Source: Candidatus Sericytochromatia bacterium (lineage in GTDB: Bacteria; Cyanobacteriota; Sericytochromatia; S15B-MN24; UBA4093). Taken from it: DNA of 48,860 nt. Below, one piece after another: positions 42,253 to 48,860 of the stretch. The stretch lies in assembly GCA_036676985.1 (NCBI GenBank), contig JAKFBU010000064.1, positions 1 to 48,860 on the forward strand, in the 5' to 3' direction. Within the stretch, counting starts at the first letter, position 1. Each line of letters begins with the position of its first letter. Position numbers and translations under genes: made by a program. The notes beneath the pieces were generated by a model, which had not been told where the DNA came from, did no database searches, and was given only the letters and a program-made list of their open reading frames with translations.

Positions 42253-44685
42253 CTAGCGGAGGCGGAAGCGGCCCAGGCGCAGGGAGTTGGTGACGACGAA
42301 GACCGAGCTGAAGCCCATGGCCCCGGCCGCGATCATGGGGTTCAACAGGCCCATGGCCGCGAGCGGGATGCCCAGAACGTTGTAGATGAACGCCCAGAAC
42401 AGGTTCTGGCGGATGGTCCGCAAGGTCGCGCGCGACAGGGCGATCGCCGTCGCCACCCCGCGCACGTCCCCCGAGACCAGCGTCAGGTCCGAGGCCTCCA
42501 TGGCCACGTCCGTGCCCGTGCCGATGGCGATGCCCACGTCCGCCTGGGCGAGAGCCGGCGCGTCGTTGATGCCGTCGCCCACCATGCCGACGACCTTGCC
42601 CTCCGACTGGAGGCGCTTGACCTCCTGGACCTTGTCCGCGGGCAGGACCTGGGCGATGACCCGGTCGATGCCGACCGCGCGACCGATGGCCTCGGCCGTG
42701 CGGCGGTTGTCGCCCGTGATCATGACGACCTCGAGCCCCGCGGCCTTGAGTTGGGCGACGGCCTCGGCGGCGTGCGGCTTGAGCGCGTCGGCCACGGCGA
42801 GCAGCCCCGCGAGGCGGCCGTCGATGGCCGCGAGCATGGCCGTCTTGCCCTCGCCTTCCAGGCGCCCGAGCGCTTCCAGGGCGGCCTCCACCGCCACGTC
42901 CCGCTCCGCCATGAGGCGCTGGGTGCCGACCAGGACGTCGTGCCCCGCGACCCGGGCCTCGATGCCCGCCCCCGTCACGGCCTGGAAGTGATCCGCCGCC
43001 TGCAGGTCCAGGCCGCGCGCCCTGGCGCCCTGGACGATCGCCTCGGCCACCGGGTGCTCGGAGCCGCGCTCCGCGCTCGCCACCAGGCCCAAGAGGGTGG
43101 CCTCGTCGGTCCCGAAGGTCACGACGTCCGTCAGGGAGGGCTTGCCCTCGGTCAGCGTGCCCGTCTTGTCGAAGACGACGGTCGTCAGGCGCTGGGCCAG
43201 CTCCAGGGTGTCTCCGCCCTTGATGAGGACGCCGAGGCTCGCGCCCTTGCCGGTGCCGACCATGATGGCCGTCGGCGTGGCGAGGCCCATGGCGCACGGG
43301 CAGGCGATGACGAGCACCGCGACCATGCAGGTGAGGGCCGCCCCCCAGTCGCCGGGGGCGACCACGACGAACCACGCGGCAAAGGTCAGAAGGGCGATCG
43401 CCACTACCACCGGCACGAACACGGCCGAGACCTGGTCGGCGAGTCGCTGGATGGGCGCCTTGCTGCCCTGCGCCTCCTGCACCAGGCGGATGATCTGAGC
43501 AAGTGCCGTCTCGGCGCCCACCTGGGTGGCCGAAAAGTCGAAGCTGCCCGTCCGGTTCAGCGTGCCGCCGATGACCTTGTCGCCCGGCTGCTTCTCGACG
43601 GGCATGCTCTCGCCCGTGAGCATGGACTCATCGACGGTCGAGCGGCCGCTCTCGACCACCCCGTCCGTCGGGATCCGCTCGCCGGGGCGCACCAGGATAC
43701 GATCTCCCACCGCCAGGGCCTCGACCGGCACGTCCACCTCTTGCTCGCCCCTGAGGACGCGGGCCGTCTTTGGCTTCAGACCCATCAACTGCTTGATGGC
43801 CGACGAGGTCTGCCCCTTGGCGCGCCCCTCCAGGTAGCGGCCCAGCAGGATGAGGGTAATGATGACAGCCGCCGTCTCGTAGTAATAGTGGCCGTGGTAG
43901 TGGCCGCCCGCGAAGAAGGTCGCGTACGCGCTGTAGAAGTAGGCGGAAAGGGTCCCGATCGCCACCAGGACGTCCATGTTGGCCGAAGCGTGGCGCAGGA
44001 CGTTGAAGGCGCTCTTGAGGATGGGGCCGCCCGCCCAGAACAGGACGGGAGTGGTCAGGGCGAAGAGCAGGTACTGGTGCCCCCCGAACATGAGGGCGGG
44101 CACCATGCCGATCACGAAGACCGGCAGGGTGAGGACGGCCGCGATCGCGACCCGCCGGCGCAGGTCCGCGAGCTCGCTTTCCTTCTCGGCCGCGCGGTCC
44201 TCGACTGCGGGAGCCGCCGCCTGGGCGACGGGCGTGGCCTCGTAGCCCGCCTTCTCGACGGCGGCGAGCAGGTCCGCGACCCTGGCCTCCGTGGGTGAAA
44301 AGGCCACGGTGGCCGTCTCGGTCCCGAAGTTGACGGTGGCCTCCGCGACGCCCGGGACCTTGCGCAACGCCCGCTCGATGCGGGCTGCGCACGAGGCGCA
44401 GGTCATGCCCTTGAGGGCGAGCTGGGCCTTGGTGGGTCCGGCGACGGGCAACGTCGCCGAGTAGCCCGCCTTCTCGACGGCCCGGATCAGCTCCTCCGGC
44501 GTCACGTCCGCGGGCTCGTAGCGGACGAAGGCCGTCTCGGCCGCGAGGTTGACGGTGGCCTCCACGACGCCCGGCACCTTGCGCAGCGCCCGCTCGATGC
44601 GGGCCGCACAGGATGCGCACGTCATGCCGTGCAGGTTGAGGGTGGTCGAGGGCCCATCGCCGCGGACGGGGGTCGAGAGCGCCAT
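42253..44685 (-). CDS. copA: Cu(I)-exporting P1B-1 ATPase
   Basis: Two GMTCASC domains, [24 protein letters not shown] and MxxSS. Confidence 0.93.
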   Translation of the reverse strand: MALSTPVRGDGPSTTLNLHGMTCASCAARIERALRKVPGVVEATVNLAAETAFVRYEPADVTPEELIRAVEKAGYSATLPVAGPTKAQLALKGMTCASCAARIERALRKVPGVAEATVNFGTETATVAFSPTEARVADLLAAVEKAGYEATPVAQAAAPAVEDRAAEKESELADLRRRVAIAAVLTLPVFVIGMVPALMFGGHQYLLFALTTPVLFWAGGPILKSAFNVLRHASANMDVLVAIGTLSAYFYSAYATFFAGGHYHGHYYYETAAVIITLILLGRYLEGRAKGQTSSAIKQLMGLKPKTARVLRGEQEVDVPVEALAVGDRILVRPGERIPTDGVVESGRSTVDESMLTGESMPVEKQPGDKVIGGTLNRTGSFDFSATQVGAETALAQIIRLVQEAQGSKAPIQRLADQVSAVFVPVVVAIALLTFAAWFVVVAPGDWGAALTCMVAVLVIACPCAMGLATPTAIMVGTGKGASLGVLIKGGDTLELAQRLTTVVFDKTGTLTEGKPSLTDVVTFGTDEATLLGLVASAERGSEHPVAEAIVQGARARGLDLQAADHFQAVTGAGIEARVAGHDVLVGTQRLMAERDVAVEAALEALGRLEGEGKTAMLAAIDGRLAGLLAVADALKPHAAEAVAQLKAAGLEVVMITGDNRRTAEAIGRAVGIDRVIAQVLPADKVQEVKRLQSEGKVVGMVGDGINDAPALAQADVGIAIGTGTDVAMEASDLTLVSGDVRGVATAIALSRATLRTIRQNLFWAFIYNVLGIPLAAMGLLNPMIAAGAMGFSSVFVVTNSLRLGRFRLR

Positions 44686-44732
44686 GATCGAGATCCTTCC
44701 GTTGTCGCCCTCCCCATGAGGGCTCGAGACCA

Positions 44733-44764
44733 ACCTTACACCTTCCAGCAAACTAGAAGGTCAA
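44733..44764 (-). promoter_or_regulatory. MerR-type promoter of copA
   Basis: TTGACC-N20-TAAGGT containing ACCTTCTAG-N4-CTGGAAGGT. Confidence 0.82.
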
Positions 44765-45021
44765 TCCCGGATCGGCACGGGGCGGACCCCGTAGTCGAGG
44801 GCCTCCACGGCGCGGGCGATCGCCGCGACGCTGACCGCTGCGGGGTCATAGCCCACGGTCGCGAGGTTCTGCGCGAGGTCGACGCTCGTCGCCACCACGC
44901 CCTCGAGCGCCGAGAGGGCGCGTTGCACCTGCCCGGCACAGCCATGGCAGGTCATGCCGTCGATGGCGAGCCGGACGGTGGCCGGAGCGGCAGCGGACGT
45001 CAGCAGGTTCAAGGGTTCCAT
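44761..45021 (-). CDS. copZ: copper chaperone (HMA domain)
   Basis: IDGMTCHGC; GAGGAGG RBS. Confidence 0.88.
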   Translation of the reverse strand: MEPLNLLTSAAAPATVRLAIDGMTCHGCAGQVQRALSALEGVVATSVDLAQNLATVGYDPAAVSVAAIARAVEALDYGVRPVPIRD

Positions 45022-45060
45022 CGGGTTTCCTCCTCATTTTGGGGACGGGGTGATGGTGCC

Positions 45061-45092
45061 AACCTAAACCTTCCTGTCCGGTGGCAAGTCAA
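45061..45092 (-). promoter_or_regulatory. MerR-type promoter of copZ
   Basis: TTGACT-N20-TAGGTT with ACTTGCC..GGAAGGT. Confidence 0.72.
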
Positions 45093-45107
45093 GCCCGTCG
45101 CCATGGG

Positions 45108-45138
45108 TTGACCTTCCAGTTGACTGGAAGCCCATGAT
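45108..45138 (+). promoter_or_regulatory. MerR-type operator/promoter of the regulator gene
   Basis: TTGACC-N19-CATGAT with CTTCCAGT-TG-ACTGGAAG. Confidence 0.75.
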
Positions 45139-45169
45139 GGGAGTAGGGTGCCCAGAAAGGAGTCGCGTC

Positions 45170-45634
45170 ATGGCACAAGGGCTATACATCGGGGATCTGG
45201 CCAAGCGGGTCGGCACCAACCCCAAGACCATCCGCTACTACGAGGGCCTCGGGCTACTGAGCAGTCCCGAGCGCACGGATTCCGGCTACCGGCTCTACGC
45301 CGAGTCGGACGTCGAGCGCCTTCGCTTCATCCTCAACGCCAAGTCGCTGGGCCTCACGCTCAACGAGATCAAGGACATCGTGGACCTGTGGGCCCAGGGC
45401 ACGGTGCCGTGCGGCCACGTGAGCCGCCTGCTCGAGGACAAGCTCGCCCTCCTGGACGCCAAGATCCGCGAGCTCACGGCCTTCCGCGACGAGCTGCGCC
45501 AGTACAAGGACAGCGTCGACGCCCTCGGCCCCCAGCCGGGCGTGGCCTGTGCCCACATCGCGGGCGTGGCCGCCGGTCACTGGCATCCCTCGATCACCGA
45601 GCCCGTGGTGGACCTCCTGCATCGCCGCCACTAG
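45170..45634 (+). CDS. heavy-metal-responsive MerR-family regulator
   Basis: IGDLAK...TIRYYE..GLL..PER..GYRLY, LG.TL.EI, PC..V; AAGGAG RBS. Confidence 0.92.
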   Translation: MAQGLYIGDLAKRVGTNPKTIRYYEGLGLLSSPERTDSGYRLYAESDVERLRFILNAKSLGLTLNEIKDIVDLWAQGTVPCGHVSRLLEDKLALLDAKIRELTAFRDELRQYKDSVDALGPQPGVACAHIAGVAAGHWHPSITEPVVDLLHRRH

Positions 45635-46466
45635 GATCCGCCTGGCAGCTCGGGCACACGAAGGTCGCCCGCCCCCCCACGTCGATCTGCTCGACGGCGC
45701 CCTCGCAGCCTCGGCACGGCTTGCCTCGGCGCCGGAACACCCGCAGCTCATCCTGGTACCGCCCCTTTTCTCCCCAGATGTCCCGGTAGAGGCCCCGGGC
45801 GGCGCTCGCGCCCCGGTACGCGATGCCCTCCTGGAGCACCGCTCGGATGGCCCGGTACAACGCCGCGAGCTCGGGCTCGGACAGGGTGTTCACCTTGCGC
45901 CGGGGATGGATCCGCGCCCGGAAGAGCGCCTCGTCCGCGTAGAGGTTGCCGATCCCGGCCACCACCTTCTGGTCGAGCAAGAGCGGCTTGATCATGCCGC
46001 GGCGCCCCTGGAGCTGCCCCTTGAAACATGCGTAAGTGAAGTCGGGCGCCAGGGGCTCCGGGCCGAGCGCGTCGAGCTTGAGGACCGTCACGAGCTCGGA
46101 CGGGCTCGCGAGGAAGGTGCGCGCGTACCCCACCACGTCCCGCAGCACCAGCTGGTGATCGTCGTCCAGCTGCACCACGAGCTTGGTGTCGGCGTCGAAG
46201 GCCACGCCCGCCGGGCGGAAGAAGAATTGCCCCTCCAGCATGAGGTGCACGACCCAGTAGGCGCCCGAGCTCAGGCGCATGAGGAGGTACTTGGCCCGGC
46301 GCTCGACGTCTGCGATCGCCTGGCCCGTCAGGCCCCGCACGAAGGCCCCCGGATCCGGATGCCGTACCACCAGGGGTTCCATGAGCGTCACGCCGGTGAT
46401 CCGCCGGCCGCAGACGGCCGCGGAGAGGTCGCGGCGAATCGTTTCGACCTCGGGCAATTCCGGCAT
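45594..46466 (-). CDS. mutM: Fpg/MutM-family DNA glycosylase (divergent)
   Basis: MPELPEVE, RRAKYL, LGPEPL, LLDQ..AGIGNLYADE, CxxC..R.T..CPSCQ zinc finger. Confidence 0.85.
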   Translation of the reverse strand: MPELPEVETIRRDLSAAVCGRRITGVTLMEPLVVRHPDPGAFVRGLTGQAIADVERRAKYLLMRLSSGAYWVVHLMLEGQFFFRPAGVAFDADTKLVVQLDDDHQLVLRDVVGYARTFLASPSELVTVLKLDALGPEPLAPDFTYACFKGQLQGRRGMIKPLLLDQKVVAGIGNLYADEALFRARIHPRRKVNTLSEPELAALYRAIRAVLQEGIAYRGASAARGLYRDIWGEKGRYQDELRVFRRRGKPCRGCEGAVEQIDVGGRATFVCPSCQADPSGGDAGGPPRAR

Positions 46467-46583
46467 CGGGTCGTATCCCCCTTCCTGAAGCCTGGTTACT
46501 TCTTGAACGGCGAGCCGCGTTCAGGATAGGGTGGGCTCAGGCGCGTGACAACGCTTTCCTCTGACCTTCGAGGGAGGTACGGC

Positions 46584-47147
46584 ATGACGAGAGATCTGCG
46601 GGACATTCCCCGGAGTTGGTGGGGCAAGTGCGCGGTAGCAGGGCTCATCGGCGGCCTGGTCATGATCGGCTTCCTCATGATCAGCTTCAGTGCCCAGGGA
46701 CGCGGCCTCTGGACGCCGCTCAACGCCATCGGGGCGACCCTGCCCATGTTCCGCCCGCCGTCGACCCTCGGCACCATCTCGACCGCCTTCGGCGGCGCCA
46801 CCGTCACGGGCTTCCTCATCCACATGACCATGTCGGTGCTCTGGGCCCTGGCCTACGGCGTGATCATGGCGGCCTTCGTGCCCCACCACATCCGATCGCT
46901 GAAGTGGCAAAGCCTCTACGCCCTCGGTTGGGGGTCCTTCCTGTGGGTCTTCTCGGGCCTCCGGCTCTTCACCCAGGCCCTGGCCCCCGTGATGGTGCTG
47001 GTCCTCTCGCCCACCTGGGAGTTCTACGTCGCGCACCTCCTCTACGCGTTGACGACGGCCTGGACGATCGCCGGCCTGACCCGCCGCCGCGACTTCACGG
47101 TTGTCTTCGCCCGCGAGGAGGCGCCCGTCCTGACGCAGCGCCGCTAG
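46584..47147 (+). CDS. hypothetical membrane protein (4 TM, intramembrane His)
   Basis: GGGAGG RBS; G..H...S..W...YG and HLLY patterns. Confidence 0.75.
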   Translation: MTRDLRDIPRSWWGKCAVAGLIGGLVMIGFLMISFSAQGRGLWTPLNAIGATLPMFRPPSTLGTISTAFGGATVTGFLIHMTMSVLWALAYGVIMAAFVPHHIRSLKWQSLYALGWGSFLWVFSGLRLFTQALAPVMVLVLSPTWEFYVAHLLYALTTAWTIAGLTRRRDFTVVFAREEAPVLTQRR

Positions 47148-47240
47148 CTCCCAACGCCTCGCCCGCGACTTCGGCCGTTCCGGCCGCTGCCCACCTCCTC
47201 TCCGCTGCGTAAGGTGGACGCAGCGGAGAGGAGGTGGCAC

Positions 47241-48563
47241 ATGGCATGGGGTCGCTCGTCCAGGGTGACAGGGGTCGTCGCGGCGATCGCCCTCCTGCCC
47301 GGCACCGCCTGGGCGCAGCATGAGGGGCACGGGGGGAGGCCTTCCGGGGTTGGCCTCTCGCACGGCGAGCAACGAGCGGATCCCACGGGCGTCCTCATGC
47401 GGCGCATGCGCCTGCAAGGCTCCGGCACCAGCCTCCAGCCCGCCTCGTCTCCCATGTGGGCCCGTCACGGGATGTCCGGCGACTGGGCGTGGAGCTGGCA
47501 CGGCAACGCGCTCGGCAGCTGGAACGGCGCCACCGGCCCCCGCGGTTACGGCGAGGCCTCTCTCACCAACTGGGTCATGGCCATGGGCTCGCGCATGTGG
47601 GGCCCGGGCATCCTTCAGCTCAAGGCCATGGCGAGCCTCGACTTCCTCACGACCCCGCCGGGCGGCACTCCGCAGCTCTTCCAGACCGGAGAGACCTACG
47701 GCGGCAGGCCCCTCATCGATCGCCAGCACCCGCACGAGCTCTTCATGGAGCTGGCGGCACGCTACGACCTGGCCGTGAGCGATCGCCTCTCCCTCTTCGC
47801 CTACGGCGGCCCCGTCGGCGAGCCCGCACTCGGCCCCAACACCTACATGCACCGGGTCTCGGCGGCCGACAGCGGCATCGCCCCGCTCGCCCACCACCTG
47901 CAGGACTCGACCCACATCGTCATGGGCGTGGTCACAGCGGGCGCTCAGTTCGATCGCTGGCAGCTCGAGGGCTCGATCTTCAGGGGGCGTGAGCCCGACG
48001 AGCGGCGCTGGGACATCGAGCTCGGCGCCCTCGATTCCTACTCGGCCCGGCTCAACTACGCGCCGTCGGCGGATTGGGTCCTACAGGTCTCGAGCGGCTA
48101 CCTCACGCAGCCCGAGACGCTCGTGGCGGGAGATGCCGTTCGCAGTACCGCCTCCCTCCACTACAACCGCCCCTGGGGATGGGGTAACTGGGCGACGTCG
48201 CTGGTCTGGGGGCAAAACCGGGAGTTCGCACACGCCCCTCCGCTCCTCAGCAACGGGTACCTGCTGGAGTCGGCCGTGGAGATCGATCGCGACCAGGTCT
48301 ACGGGCGCTTCGAGGCCGTCGACAAGATCGGCCTGTTCCAGAACCTGCCCGGCCAGGAGCAAGACGAGTCCCGGCACCGGATCCACGCCCTGACGATCGG
48401 TGCAGCGCGGGGGTTCGGCCTGGGCGGCCTCGATCTCGCGCTGGGCGGGGACCTGACGCTATATGCGCAGCCCGCGCCCCTGGTGCCCCAATACGGGGCG
48501 TCGCCCGTGGCCTACCGCGTCTACGTGCGCTTGCGCCCGCCGCGCAGCGCCATGCACCCATGA
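47241..48563 (+). CDS. secreted/outer-membrane beta-barrel-like protein with His/Met motifs
   Basis: Signal peptide (AWA-Q), HEGH, SGTS.QP, QHPHELFMEL, MHR.SA, HH.QDSTHI, alternating beta patterns. Confidence 0.75.
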   Translation: MAWGRSSRVTGVVAAIALLPGTAWAQHEGHGGRPSGVGLSHGEQRADPTGVLMRRMRLQGSGTSLQPASSPMWARHGMSGDWAWSWHGNALGSWNGATGPRGYGEASLTNWVMAMGSRMWGPGILQLKAMASLDFLTTPPGGTPQLFQTGETYGGRPLIDRQHPHELFMELAARYDLAVSDRLSLFAYGGPVGEPALGPNTYMHRVSAADSGIAPLAHHLQDSTHIVMGVVTAGAQFDRWQLEGSIFRGREPDERRWDIELGALDSYSARLNYAPSADWVLQVSSGYLTQPETLVAGDAVRSTASLHYNRPWGWGNWATSLVWGQNREFAHAPPLLSNGYLLESAVEIDRDQVYGRFEAVDKIGLFQNLPGQEQDESRHRIHALTIGAARGFGLGGLDLALGGDLTLYAQPAPLVPQYGASPVAYRVYVRLRPPRSAMHP

Positions 48564-48567
48564 CAAG

Positions 48568-48599
48568 CGCCGGGGGCGCCCAGGTGGGCGCCCCCGGCG
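48568..48599. terminator. hairpin between convergent genes
   Basis: CGCCGGGGGCGCCCA-GG-TGGGCGCCCCCGGCG. Confidence 0.7.
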
Positions 48600-48614
48600 A
48601 ATGGTTCTTCGTCT

Positions 48615-48860
48615 CTAGGCGCGGGCCGCGCCGTTCAGGTCGTTGACGGCCGCCAGGAAGGTGCCGTAGCCGTTGAGACCGCCGTTGACGGCCCGGCGCA
48701 CCGCCTCCCAGTTGGAGTTGCCCGCCATGTCGGGGATGCCGCGGTTCTTGAAGTACTGGACCAGGATCTTGGCCGAGACCTCGGGATCCAGGGCCAGGTT
48801 CGGGTTGTTCTCGAGGTCCACGCCCAGTTGCTTGCCGTACTCGCGGTAGTTCGCGCGACC
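48615..48860 (-). CDS. GH19 chitinase/lysozyme-like hydrolase, C-terminal part (5' end outside the window)
   Basis: GRANY..YG..LG.DL..NP.LA.DP..SA, RRAVNGG.NG. Confidence 0.8.
   Translation of the reverse strand, partial: GRANYREYGKQLGVDLENNPNLALDPEVSAKILVQYFKNRGIPDMAGNSNWEAVRRAVNGGLNGYGTFLAAVNDLNGAARA

Noticed and set aside
29740-48860. Integrative element at tRNA-Gln
   Set aside because: No integrase, transposase or duplicated tRNA 3' end seen in the window; it remains possible beyond the edge

Overview
GC-rich bacterial chromosomal window. SecG (LHSAKGEGLAGIGGQAHMF) and both tRNAs lacking an encoded CCA look cyanobacteria-like, and no photosynthesis genes are present here, so a non-photosynthetic relative such as Sericytochromatia is plausible (inference only). 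The left part (1-29.8 kb) is mostly housekeeping: tRNA-Leu, lgt, a CbrA/CrbS-type SLC5-STAC kinase with a CbrX-like leader gene, GH57/M28/GH38, fadD, ABC components, secG-oppABC, accDA and tRNA-Gln. It is interspersed with unassigned proteins. The right part (after tRNA-Gln) is an accessory-type stress block: orphan kinases, TetR/hydrolase, qNor, a P-type ATPase, PepSY/TCS, copA-copZ-MerR, an atypical Fpg, a His/Met-rich barrel and a partial GH19 hydrolase. The best novel candidate is a dispersed set of three proteins without signal peptides that share an upstream motif, CTTTACCGA-N19/20-ATA(A/G): a P/Q/Y-rich protein, an amidase-LysM fusion and a stand-alone protein. The last two also share a homologous glycine-zipper C-terminal domain. 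Other notable items are a 76-78 bp MITE in two copies, a G11 tract in the kinase leader gene, and three closely related orphan histidine kinases. All calls were made by eye from motifs; no database searches were run.
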